In this document: in pieces, positions 24,875-37,581 of the stretch
Layout: each line of letters opens with the position of its first letter
Position numbering within the stretch: the first letter of the stretch is position 1
Source: Leucoraja erinacea
Lineage: Eukaryota
Direction of reading: 5' to 3'
Assembly (NCBI RefSeq): GCF_028641065.1
Contig: NC_073401.1
Span: 20,336,001-20,400,000, forward strand
Length of the DNA: 64,000 nt
Position numbers and translations under genes: made by a program
The notes under the pieces: generated by a model
Told to the model about the DNA's origin: nothing
The model's input: only the letters and a program-made list of their open reading frames with translations
The model's database searches: none

Positions 24875-27800
24875 ATAAGGATGGAATTAGACCATTCAGC
24901 CCATCAAGTCTACTCTGCCATTCAGTCATGGCTGATCTATCTTCCCCTCTTAACCCCTGCCACACGTACCAATCAAGAAGATATCAATCTCCACCTTAAA
25001 AATATCCATTGTTGGCCTCCACAGCCTTCTGTGGCAATGAATTCCACAGATTCACCACCCTCTGACTAAAGAAATTCCTCATCTTCCTAAAGGAACATCC
25101 TTTTATTCTGAGGCTATGATCTCTGATCCAAGGCTCTTCCACTAGTGGAAACATCCTCTCCACATCCATTCTATACAGGTCTTTCACTATTTGGTAAGTT
25201 TCAAAGAGGTCCCACTCATCCTTCCAAACTCCAGCGAGTAGAGGCCCAGTGCTGTCAAATGCTCATCATATGTTAAGCAAATCAAAACTGCTCACAATAC
25301 TCCAAATGTGGTCTGACCAATGCCTTATAAAGCCTCAGCAATACATCCATATGTTTTATATTCTAGTCCTGTCAAAATAAATTCTAGCATTGCATTTGCC
25401 TTCCTTACTATCAATTCGACATGCAAAATAACTTTCCGGGAATCCTGTACCAGCACTCCCAAGTCCCTTTGCACCTCTGATTTATGACGACTTCCCATTT
25501 AGAAAATAGACTACACCTTCTACAGGTCAGATGAGATGTCCTGAACCCAGGCAACAGGCAGGCAACAGAGCCTATGGGACTCTGAAGAAGGGTTTCGGCC
25601 CGAAACGTCGCCTATTTCCTTCGCTCCATAGATGCTGCTGCACCCGCTGAGTTTCTCCAGCAATTTTGTGTACCTATGGGACTCTTGATCCTCGTGACAG
25701 TGAACATTGCCTATTCCTCTGATTATACTATCCCCAACGACGACTATGTGTTTCTTCTCTCTCCCCTATTGAATGGCTCCCTGATCCACAGTGCCACAGT
25801 TAAGTGCTCACCCTTCCTACAGCCTGCACAGGGAGCAAGAATCTCAGACCTGCTTGAAATGCTCAAGGGCCAAAGCTCCTCTAACGCTACCTTTGTCTCT
25901 ACCCCCCAGCCTGCTTCACTGCTTCATTTGTACAACAAATCCCCCCTCCGCCGACCACAGACCAAGTTGGAAGCAGTTACTCTAACAGGTATGACTGCCT
26001 CCAGAAATACATCTTATCGACTGGAATCCTCTTCAGTAACTTTCCTACCACAGATGTTGGCTTACTATAGTTCCCAGGTTTTTCTTTCCAGCCCTTCTTA
26101 AGGCACATTAGCCACTCTCCAGTCTTCCTGCACTTCACCATTGTCTAATGATGATTCGTATATAGTCAAGACCTCTGCAATTTTCTCTCTAGCTTCTCAC
26201 AGTACCCTTTGATTACAGCTGATTCCAGGCTCTGGAGATTTATTTAACGTTGTATGTTTTAGGATGTCCAGCACCTTCTTGATTGTACCGGACATTTCCT
26301 TTAAATATACCAAGTTTGTTAGTCTTCATGTCTTACTCCACAGTAAAAACAGAGGAGAAATACTCATTGAAGACATAGCCCATCTACTGAGGGTCCATGC
26401 ATAGAATACCACTATCGTTCTGATAAGCATTATTCTCTAGTTACCCTTTTCCCCTTAATATACTTGTGAAATAAATCTCTTTGGAATTTCCTTAATCTTG
26501 TCTACCAGAGCTATCTCTTGTCCCCTTTTGCCCTCCTAATTTCCTTAAGTATGCTCCTCAATTCCATACACAACCTCCAGAGATACTTAATCCCCAATCC
26601 TTGCCTCCTCCTTTTTCCTGACCAGAGCCTCAGTTTCTCTCATCATTCAGGGTTCTTTACCCCCATCTATCTTGCCCTTCACTCTAACATGCAAAAACAT
26701 CCCACTTTCCGTATGCCCCATTGCTCACAATCTACCAATTTGTCGTTAACCAATCCACAGTCTACCAGTACACCATCAAAAACGTGTGCTTCATTTGGGG
26801 TTAATTACCCAAGTAGCAGCCAATCTAAGGACTTTTGAAACTCCAAACACACCACATTCATTGAATCCCTATCAACCATCTACCAAATCTAGAATTTGAA
26901 TGTGCTGTTGCCACTTTCTTAATGAGACTTCAACTTTTTCCCCCAACTACAGATAACTGGTTGCTTTTTTTCCCCCTGCTTTCTCTCTTCCTCCTTTAAA
27001 TAGTGGGAAGCGCTCGTTCTAAAGGGCAGTAATATCAGAACTGTGACCTCCAAGTTTAGTTATTATCCCATCAACTTTCAAGCTCTTGAACCACACTGCT
27101 CAACCTTAATCGCAAAATCGATCTGCTACAGATCTTGATTAGGTTGCACTACTTTGTTTTGCACTATTTATGATCTGGTTACCTTCTTGTACTGATAATT
27201 TATTGTATTATTAATTATAGTACATTTTTGTTGTGTTGTTGCACTAATGTACCTGTAAAGCTGTAGCAAGTAAGTTTTTCATTTGTCCATTCCTGGTGCA
27301 TATGACGACTCTGGATTCTTGAGCATTTGAGCTCCTGGACTTTAGAAATACGGGTTAAAAAAATGCAAGGGCCAGGAAGTTGTGATGAAATTTTATTTAA
27401 AAAGAAACAAATGTTTAGTCCCAGCTGGAGTATTGTCCTCAGTTCTGGATACCGCACTTAACAAAAGAAGTTTAAGAATTTAGAAAAGCCCCAAGAGATT
27501 TACTAAAATGTGCATATGACAATTAAACACCCTTGACTTGATTTACATTAGAAACCTTCCAATCTCTAGTAACTGTTCTAGAATCCGTGGAATTTTGGAA
27601 GATGGCAACCAGAGTACCCATCCAAAGCCACCTCTTTTGGAGCAAATTAAACAAGTCCTCAGAATTTACCAGTATTCAGTCCCATTGTGCAATACCACGT
27701 ATGAATTAATGTTAATTGATTTCTGTTTTATTCTCTAGCCGAAACTGTTCTCCACTATTTCCAGCAGATGTGTAACTTCTATGAAGACGTGCATTGAATG

Positions 27801-28600
27801 TTTGTTTACTTTTTCTGCCACTTCATTTACCAAAATAACTATCCAGTCTGTAGAGGACCCACATCAACCTTTGTTAATCTTTTCTTTTTTAATCGATCTA
27901 TGGAAGCTTCACTCTGTTTTACGTGTTGTTACTCTCTTCTTCCTGTCACTGTTCACACATCAATTTCTTGGATCTCTTCCAAGAAATCACTTCCCACCCA
28001 TAGGATCTTCAGGCTGAGAACAGAATGCCTTGACATATACACTGTAATTCCTTCTCGTTACTCAGAGATTATCATTCATTCTTCTAACTATTGAATTTGC
28101 CTTAACTGGCTTTCAGCCCCACCAGCTGTCTTTGCATGCTTATTAACCTACGTTGGATGGTGGTCAACAGGGTCAAATGTACATGGTAGGTCAATGGGCC
28201 ATTTTATTGCACTATATGACTTTATTAAAGATTCTAATATGACCTTTATTAGAATCATACAGCACAGAATCGCCCTTCAGCCAAATTAGGTCATACAAAC
28301 CAAGATGCCCCATCTAAACTGAGCCTGGCTCACATTCCTTTAAACTTTCCCTCTCCGCATATCTCCAAATGTCTTTTCAATGCTGTTATTGCCCCTACCG
28401 CGACTGCTTCCTCCAGCAGGATGTTCCATGTACCCACCACTCTGTGTGAAAAGTTGCCCCTCGGGTTCCTATTAAATCTTTCCCCTCTCACCTTACACCT
28501 ATGACCCCAAGTTCTTGATTTCCCTGGGTAAAAGAACTTATACTACCCTCAGATTTTGTACACCTCTATAAGATCACCCCTCGGCCTCCTGCACTCCAAA
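24875..28600 (-). mobile_element. Cluster of degenerate CR1 fragments between CABIN1 and PML-like B
   Basis: ORF 24996..25187 ([14 protein letters not shown]) and further RT/3' remnants at 26080-26620, 27540-28100 and 28250-28600. Confidence 0.7.
25582..25609 (+). ncRNA. Minimal hammerhead-ribozyme-like motif
   Basis: CUGAAGA-A-GGGU(UUCG)GCCC-GAAAC-GUC. Confidence 0.55.
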
Positions 28601-30275
28601 GGATAAAATGTATCTAATGGATTATAGAGTGTAATTTAGTTTATTTATGCTAAATGTAATTTATTTACTTGTTATAATGATAATCAGATGATTGGTTAAC
28701 AGCTAAAAATTAATGCAAAAAATTAAAACAATGTTCAATGTAAGCCATGTTACTTGCTAAGACTGTGTGAAGAGTAAATCTGAAAAAAATCTTGATGGAT
28801 GTTGGAAATATCAAATAATAAAATATTTGAACTAATGTGTTCTAAGAGATTTGATCTGTAGGCTAGAGTGACAGATTAAATGAGCTTTCCTTCTTGCAGA
28901 TGTGCTACCAACAAAACTACAACCAGCACCAAGTGGCTTCGACTGAAATCGGGACACCACATACTCTTCATACCAGACACGTATGTCTCAGGTAAGGCGA
29001 GAATTGTAAGTTAGAATCATTGTTGGCACCTGTATCCAAATAATGCACATTTGCATTCAAGCAAAGCAATCAGCAACAAAAAATACTTGCTGAGGCACTG
29101 CAGTGAAACATAACTGGTCGAAACACAAGGCATCTGACCTTGGAATGCACAGTGAAAACATTAGCTTACAGCAAATTTGTGCTTTACCTGGCCTGGGAGA
29201 AGCATAGAAAAGCATGTAATCACGTGTACATTGTAAGCGTTGTAAGCATTTGCCCCTGAACATGATACTAGCCCAGGCATTTTAGAGGGCAGTTAGGAGT
29301 TGAAACTAATACTCTTATGCAAACCAGACCAGGTGAAGGTTTTGTGGAATGGATTTTGAATAGTAACACCGTAAATTGATAGAACCGTTAATTGTAATAG
29401 CATTTTTTTAAATCCTAGATTTGTTTAATTACTTGAATTTCAATTCCCAACCACGGGGGGGGGGGGGGGGGGGTGTAATTGACAATGCCAGATCAATGGT
29501 CCAGGAATATGAATATTATTACTATCCATTGTGCTAATGTCCCTATCTTGTTGTATTTCTACATCATTCCACTGCCAAGCTGCACAAAAGGTAGATCTGA
29601 TGCCTGTAGTACCCATTTAGCTTAACTCAGTATGTTATAACTATAACCAGTTACCTTAAAATTTTATCTGACTGTAATTATGTGGGTGGGATTTATACAT
29701 AGTCTGAGGCGTGTTTGCGGCTGGGATTCTCACGCAGATGCCCTCGTAGTTTTCATTTAGTTTGAAGAAACATGGGGGAGAGGTCACAGCTTTCGACCAA
29801 GCACAAGTCTGACTACCAGTAAGATCAAAATGTATTTAAACAAGAAGTTTGGATGAATATCTTACTGTTTTTACTTCTACAATAAAGAAACTATTAATTA
29901 AGAGACTGTGTTTAGAAGATTTATCTTTGGACGGCATTGAATGTCTCGTGGAGCGCTCGTGAATGTGTTTCAATTATCCGCTGAACCGCTGTCTTCAATC
30001 ATAGTGACGAAAGGAGGAATCCTTGAAACGATATAAAAACGCCCTTTAAATGTATCAGCTGTCTAAAAAATTGTCAAATCAGTTCCATTACTGCAAACAT
30101 TCCCCTTCAGAAATGATGTATGCTCTCTTTTGAATATTCATTTAACTCTGCTTCCATCAGGTTGTCAGACAGTGCATTGTAGATCACAACATCAACAAAC
30201 GCGAACCACCACAGTTTGCCCGTCAGCGGTGCTGCTCCAATATGATCATGTCAAACCTTCGCCTTCAGCCAAATC

Positions 30276-30313
30276 TCATTTCAAATCTTCAGAATCTATT
30301 TGTATCACTTGTA
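30276..30313 (-). CDS. Putative PML-like B terminal exon encoding SIM-like VQVIQIDSEDLK*
   Basis: ctctgaacctttacag acceptor in the required phase 1; hydrophobic core plus acidic/Ser tail resembles the human PML SIM VVVISSSEDSD. Short, so a chance match is possible. Confidence 0.5.
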
Positions 30314-33300
30314 CTGTAAAGGTTCAGAGAAAAGATCACAATCAGATTTGTTTATTACGCAAACAAAGCCATCATAGTTTATTGTTTATTACACAAACAT
30401 AGCAACATGCGCGGTTCACAGAATGAGCTTAATGTTAGATAAAGGGTGGTAGATAGATAGTAACAGCGGGGCCCATTTCGGCCGTTGATCCAGTATCAGA
30501 GGCACCACTTACTCAGACAAAAGTGTGGGCTGATGCTTCAGTTCAACTCCAGTCACTGTCAGAGGAGTTGGATGAGAACTCCAATCTCAACAGTTTCTGT
30601 CATGCCCTTAACCAACATCTATCCACAAACTAGCACGCCAACTAAAGCTGAGGTGCAGGTGTGCTGCGTCCTCACATCTCCAGATTCCCAGGTCCAATTT
30701 TGACCTCTGATGTTACCTCAATGGCGTTCTCTCTGTGACCATGTAGCTTTTCCCAAATGCTTCTGTTTCCTCAAAGATACCTGTGTTGATAAGTTGGTAG
30801 AATCTGTGAATTGCCCTTCTGTGTTGATGGGTGGTAGAAAAATCAGTGAGGAGTTGATGAATACATGAGAGAATAGGTAGTAAAGCAATGGATGGGAAAA
30901 TGGGACTGATTGGATTGCATCAACTTAATAATCTCTATTGTAAGGAAGTAATAACTTACTGATATTCGCTTGCCCTTTTGGAATTTGCTTGCGGAAATAA
31001 GCTTCCACATACATCAGCGGTGAGTACTGCTCCAAGCTAAATTATCAAGTTCACAATGCTTGGAACATGCTGTTCACTACATATGTAAACATGAATTTAC
31101 TTACAACACAAATGTAGGTGAAAATGTAAAAGATGTAAGTTTACCTTCAGTGTCCATAAACATGGGCACCTGTTCCTGTCCATCAGAGTCGGTGATAAGA
31201 GTGACACACTCTATGGAGGGCGTGCGGCTCTGCTGGTGGCTGCTTGGGCCAGCGGTGGAATCGTCCTCAGTGAAGCTACTTGGCTCTTCTTTAATGCACA
31301 GTTTTTTGGAGGCTTCTGCTTCCTCAGCTGCATAACATTTCCTTTTGTTGAAGTTACACTTCAAAGATTCGCCAACTTCCTGCAGAGGAGAGCAACTGTT
31401 TAACCAGTATCTGATGTTAAGGATAGATAGGTGTGGGCGAGTTGGGCCGATTGGCTTGTTTCCACATTGTATCACTCTATCACTCTCTGACACAAGCTCA
31501 GTCCAATAGAAACACAAGGAACTGCAGATGCTGGTTTACAAATAAGGACCAGTGCTGGAGTAACTGATCAGGTCGGGCAGCATCTCTAGAGAACATGGAG
31601 AGAGTTGGGACTAAGGCAGGTGAGAGGCTGTAAGTTGGTATGGAAGATGGTGAAAGAAAGTTCGCCGTACAGAATAGGCAGCAACGCAGCAGAGAGTGAG
31701 GAAAATAGATACAAAATGCTGGAGTAATAGAGGGATAGGCAGCATCTCTGATGAGAAGGGATGGGTGACGTTTTGGGTCAAGACACTTCTTTAGACTGGC
31801 CAGAGAAAGGAAAAGAGAGATTTAGACAGTGATGTAGAGAGATATAGAACAAACGAATGAAAGATATGCAAAAAAGTAACGATATCAAAGGAATTAGGCC
31901 ATTGTTAGCTGTTTGCGAGGTGAAAACGAGAACCTGGTGCAGCTTACAAAGAGGGTAGGGATGGAGAGAGAGAGGGAGTGCAGGGGTTACATGAAGTTAC
32001 AGAAATCATTATTTATACCATGGGCTGTAAGCTGCGCAAGCGAAATATGAGATGCTGTTCCTCCAATTTGCGATTAGCCTCACTCTGGCAATGGAGGAGG
32101 CCTAGGACAGAAAGGTCAGTGTAGGAATGAGAAGGGGATTTAGAGTGAGAATAGGGCCCCTCAGAAGACAAAGCGGTCATCTGTGTGGAGCCGCAAGAAA
32201 TGAACAAGGCCCTCAATGAGGGTTTCTCTTTATTTTGTACGTTAGAGGAAGAAATGAATGCTGGGGAACTATTACGATTGAGGAAGTGCTGAATGTCCCA
32301 AGTCATATGAAGGAAGATAAATCACCGGGCTCAAACAGATATATCAGAGGACTGTGGGAAGCTGGAGAATATATGAATTATCATTAGACACAACTGAGGT
32401 GCCAGAAGATTGGAACGTGGTAATATTGTACCTCTAATTATGACGGGCTGCAAATCAAAACCTGGGAACTATAGGCCAGTGAGTCTAACACCTGTGGCAG
32501 GCGAGTTACTGGAGAGTATTCTGACAGATAAGATATAGTCTTAGATATATATGCATTTGTATAGACAGGGGTTGATTAGGGATAGTTAGCATGGTTTATA
32601 TGTGAGAGATGGAAACAGAGTGATGGTGGATGGTTATTTTTAGGAAGGGAGGCTTGTGACCAGTGGTGTGCTTCAGGGATTGATACTGGGCCCGTTGCTG
32701 TTTGTGCTTTATATCAATGATTTGGATGAGAATGTAGAGGCAAGCTTAGTATGTTTGCAGTTGATACTAAAGTGGGTGGTATCGTAGATAACAAAGATGG
32801 TGATCAAAAATTAGAGTAGGATCTTGATCTGATGGCCAAGTGGACATCGGAATGGTTAATGGAGTTTATGCAGAAAAGTGTGAGATGCTGCATTTTGGGA
32901 AGTCAACCCAGGGCAAAACCATCACAGGAAATGGCAGTTCCCTGGGGAGTATTGTAGAGCAGAGGAATCTAGTGGTGCAGGTACATAGTTCTTTAAAAGT
33001 GATATCATAGATAGATTGGGTGGCGAAAGCTTTCGGTACTTTGGCCTTCATCAGTCAGGGTACAGAGTATAGAAATTAGGATGTTATGCTCCAGTTGTAC
33101 AAGATGCTAGTGAATTTAGATTATTGGTTATGTCTTCATCTGCTTCTAGGCTAACATCTGGAACTCACTTGCCAAGACTTGCTTCTCCTTTAGCTCTCCT
33201 TTAGGACTCTGCATCCATGACTGGTTTATGCTCTGATGCACCTTGGATTTACACAAAAAAGGGACACTTCTTCTGACTGGAGTCTGGGGAAGGATGCTGC

Positions 33301-36222
33301 CTGAAAACGTCATGGCATAGTCAGAGACTGACCTGACAATGTGCAAGCAAGAGTAGCAGGAAGTAACAGTGGGCTAACAACAAACTACGGAATGGCCAGG
33401 AATAGTGTCTCAGAGCAAATTAAGTCTGATTTTCAGCTGCTCAGGACATGTCTGCACTGACCCTGGCCAAACGCAGTTGTTTCTGACAGAGGTAGAAAGC
33501 ACATGCCCATCTCATTTTATCCTATTTGCCTGCTTAATTCAGACAGAGCACTGACCTCAGTATTAAAGCCACTTTACATCTTCTACATGATTAACTCTGC
33601 ACATTCACCTTCACATTCACAGCAATTCTGCATCCAGGCAGCGATGACTTTCCATCCAAAGTGGACTTGTGTTTCACTGAAAAAACAATAATTTTCATGA
33701 GTAAAAGATCTATATAATGAACACACAAAGGAAAGAATTTGCCTCTTTGGCAAACATGTTTAATGAAATCAATCATTTAAGCACCAAAGGTGAGCTCTGG
33801 GAAATAACTGGGAGGGACAGGGAATGCCAGCTGGGAGTCACAGTGAAGGACAGCTCGCTGAATCACAGAGACACAGTGAACGTTGGCTCTGGAAATCACA
33901 AGGATTGACAGTGTTTAAGAAAGAACTGCAGATGCTGGAAAAATCAAACGGAGAAACTCAGCAAGTGAGGCAGAATCTGTTGTCGAAACGTTGCCTATTC
34001 CTTCTCTCCATAGATGCTGCCTCCCCCGCTGAGTTTCTCCAGCATTTTTGTCTGGGATTGACAGTGTGCTTGATTCAGAAATCACTGGGGTTGACAGCAA
34101 GTGCCAGCTTTGAGTGCCAGCCCTGGGATTCACAGTAAGCGATAACTCTCTGAATTAGACACCATGAATGATAGCTCTGGGAGTCGTAGTGAGCAACCGC
34201 TTTGGGATTCACAGCGTTCTGAATCGGAGGCACAGTGAACGACAGCTCTGGAATTCACTGACATTCACCATGAGTGACGTCTCTCTGAATCACAGAAGCA
34301 CAGTAAACGACAGTGCAGGGAGTGAACCTCCAGATCAATCGTGGAACGGCAAATAACTTGCGCGGGGAGAATGGGGGTAGGGGGCTCTCAACAAACGTCT
34401 ATGGCCACTGCACGTTGTGAGTCAAAGGCAATTGTCATTTTTATTAGAGGAAACAGGAGTACCTGACTATTACTCACATCTCGTGATCATCAAATTGCCC
34501 AGCATTTTCTCCGGAAACTTGCAGCATTCCTGAAAGTCGATAATGGTGTTGTCCACATGCACATCCATTGGCTTTTCTTTCCGTAGTTCTGCGAGAGCTG
34601 ACTTGATTGTTCCATGCAGCTTCAGGATTTCCTGCTCTGTGGCATAGCGCAACAACTGGGACACCACGTTTTTGCTCACCCCCATTCTCTTCAACACGTT
34701 CTCTATGCTGTTCAGACTCTCCTGCAGCTTGTGAGTTTTGGAGGAGTGAAGCTCCTGCAGCTCATTGAGCAGCCTGCGCTCCTCCTCCTTCACCTTCTGC
34801 AGGGCAGCCTGAACCCGGGCTTCGATCAGATCTGTCAGCTTGTACTTGTCCTTGTTCACGTCATCCACGAGCAGTTCCAGTTGGCTCTGTGATTCAACAA
34901 ACTCTTCTTGCTTTGTGACTATTGCTGCCAGCGTTTCCTGCAGCTCGCTCTTCAAAAGGCTGATCTGTTTTCGCACAGGGGTGCAATCGTGGTCTTTGTG
35001 TTCCAGAAGCACGCACAGGACACAGAGCCACATCGAGCAGGTTCTACAGTACAGACTGCACATAAAAACTAGTCACAATTACCATCAAGCAAAGGCATAA
35101 AACCCATACCACTATCTTATGCTGCCTGTCCAGCCCGTTGACACTTGGTTTCCTCAAATAAAACCCCAAACATTCCTTGTACATGCAAGACCTTATAATT
35201 GACCAGATCCCTAATCATGCCCAGCCGTTTCAGAGATTGTAAAATAACATAGTTGCAAGTCACATATTAAGATGTGTGTTTTCAAACCTATTCATCAGGG
35301 TGGATTTTTAGTTACAGAGTAGTAGATTGATGGGAAATGCTGGAGTAACTCAGCGGGACAGGCAGCATCACTGGAGAGAAGGAATGTGAAATGTTTCGTG
35401 TCGAGACCCTTCTTCAGACTTCCTACACAGTAGATTGATGGGACTATAATTGGAAACAAATTGTTTTTAAAGGTATATTTATTTAATGGCGTGAATTTTA
35501 ATTCAATTGCTGTGGTAGGATTGGACTTCAGGACACCAGCAGAAAGGCCCTGGGCTCTGGATGTTATAACGGTAACCTAGCCACTGTTGTATCTTTTGCA
35601 TTTCTATCTCATCTGTGTGTCATAAGATTTCACCCTCTTTTAAAAAGCAGCCTCGGCTTTCAAACACAGTCACTGTGCACCACCCACATCACCACACCCT
35701 CCCTCTACATTGGAAACACAACCTTTACCTAATTGTCTGATTTTCATGCGAGCTGCAGAGGAGATCCTTTGATCTTCTTAGAATCTTCAAGAACTCGTCT
35801 GAATTCAACTTTCGCAAAGTGCCCAAGGTCTCCACGTGCTTCTTGTGATCTGGCATCAACACCTGATGAGTGTGGAGGCACTTGTTACACAGCACCTTGT
35901 CACACTCCAGGCACACAAACTCTGCAGACGTATTCTCCTCACAGGAGGCACAGCGCTGTTCTGCACTTTCCAGGATTTGCTGCTGCTTTCTCACACTGTT
36001 CTGCAAGTTTGACACAAATATATTGTCTGGCAGGGAAGAGAGACCTTTCTTGGTCACCATTTCGCAGCTGGGACAGGTGACATCGCTCCCATTGGATTCG
36101 CGCTCCAGACAACCTGCACAAAAGGTATGAAGGCACTCGAGGAGCTTTGGACTTGTTGCTGGATTGTTGCAGAGCCCGCACTGAAAATATTCCTCAAGCC
36201 CTGTTACCAGCTTGGCCTCCAT
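30276..36222 (-). CDS. PML: PML/TRIM19-like copy B: RBCC-NLS with a short SIM-like tail and no exonuclease, ~470 aa
   Basis: Exons 35729-36222, 34478-35055, 33609-33676 and 31145-31379 are intact and close to copy A; the putative last exon 30276-30313 is inferred. No FFDLETTG or exonuclease exon was found between 31145 and the CABIN1 promoter. Confidence 0.8.
31145..31379 (-). CDS. PML: PML-like B NLS/SUMO exon (KRKCYAAEEAEASKKLCIKEE)
   Basis: 235 nt, same splice sites as A. Confidence 0.85.
31700..33115. mobile_element. Penelope fragment (-) followed by a CR1 RT fragment (+), predating the duplication
   Basis: [26 protein letters not shown] and NYRPVSLT-type remnants; mirrored at 54440-56610. 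Confidence 0.75.
33609..33676 (-). CDS. PML: PML-like B exon 4 (KHKSTLDGKSSLPGCRIAVNVK)
   Basis: 68 nt, phase 1 to 0, tttttcag / AAG|gtgaat; frame-preserving 3-nt length difference from A. Confidence 0.75.
33810..34330. repeat. Degenerate tandem repeat (GCTCTGGGA-TCACAGTGAACGACA-like units); paralog at 57390-57680
   Basis: Recurrent cacagtgaa / gctctgg / ctctctgaatcacaga words. Confidence 0.55.
34478..35055 (-). CDS. PML: PML-like B exon 3: B-box2 + coiled coil
   Basis: ORF 34470..35063; 578 nt; 4 amino-acid differences from A. Confidence 0.92.
35729..36222 (-). CDS. PML: PML-like B exon 2: RING + B-box1
   Basis: ORF 35725..36249; same splice sites as copy A; 4 amino-acid differences. Confidence 0.92.
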
Positions 36223-36703
36223 GACCTGCAACAAGGAAATGCCCATCACATTAAAGTTATATTCAAAGTGAAGTGCATGAAAAAGCAGAGGCTAGAAATC
36301 AACAATGAAAGTGAGAAACGCTCAGCAGGTCAGGCAGCATCTGTGACGGAAACAGAGTTATCATTTTTGTTCAGAGAAAGAAGACAAAGGCAAAAGAGAA
36401 TGGGAATTCCAGTCAAAGAGAAGGGAGCAAAATTTCAAGGGAGACATCTCTGAAGAGAAGTGAATTTGACAACAATTCAAAAACAAAAATAAACCTGCAG
36501 ATTTTGGAAATATGGAGTTAAAACTGATTCTATTAATATAATATAATGAGATGGAATAAATGGGTCATTTTCTGATTGGTGAGCTGTACAGACTGAGGAG
36601 TCACAGGGTCAACTCGATCAAAGGCAATTTATGTAATTGACTTAAGCAGAGGGTTGGAGGCCTGGACCCATTCATTGTTGCTTGTGGTCTATATCAAAGA
36701 TTT

Positions 36704-37581
36704 CAAATTCAAGTTTCAAGTTCAAGTCAAGTTTACATTTATTGTCACATGCACTATTTAATGGTACAGTGATATTTGAGTTACCATACAGCCATACGAA
36801 TAAAAAGAACACAACACACGATAGAATTTAACATGAACATTCCCACACAGCGGAATCAACGTTTCCCACTGTGAGGGAAGGCAATGAAGTTCAGTCATCT
36901 TTCTCTTTGTTCACCTGTGGTCGGGGCCTTTTGAGCCCTCCGCAGTTGCCGCTACGGCGGCCCGATGTTCAGGCCCTCTCGCCGGGATGATCGGAACTCC
37001 AACGTCGGAACGGAAGAACATTCCCAGCGGCTTGGAGTTTCCGAATCGGCCACTTCTTACTGGAGACCGCGACTCCCGAAGTCTACAGGCCGAGCTGGGC
37101 AGTTATTCAACACTGGCGGCCCTCGGCAAAGGGATCCCAGGAGTTTGCGATGTTGAAGTCTGCGCCGCCCACGGTTAGAAACTCCGCAACCACAGCTCCA
37201 CGATGTCAAAGCAGCAGCCCAACACTCGGGAGCTTCAACACGGCGATCCCTGGTAAAGCATCGCCCACTCCGCGATGGTAAATCAGTGCTGCGCCGCTGC
37301 TGAAGTTCTGGTCAGTCTCCGGCAGGAAAGGCCGCGCCAATCCAGATGGTAGGCCGCGAGGAGGGAGGTGGGGGGGGCGAAGACGCGACTCAGAGAATAG
37401 TTGCATCCTCGACCAGGAAATGACTGAGAAACGGTTTCCCCCTTACCCTCCCCACATCCCATACATAAAAAGACTAAAAAACTTCCAAAAAAATACTTTT
37501 AAAGACTAAACATTTTAAAAAGACAAAAAAACAGACATACTATATGTATGGGCTGCCATTATACGACGCCCCTGGTCGACT
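36704..37581 (-). mobile_element. Non-autonomous retroelement with Rex/L2-type (TTGAAC)n tail, specific to copy B
   Basis: Absent from the paralogous site in A (60181-60200); GC-rich body related to 5620-6020. Confidence 0.6.

Noticed and set aside
33810-34330. CRISPR-like or coding repeat array
   Set aside because: Irregular degenerate units without unique spacers, in eukaryotic DNA.
34614-36130. Plus-strand ORFs over the PML-like exons
   Set aside because: Antisense shadows of the real coding exons.
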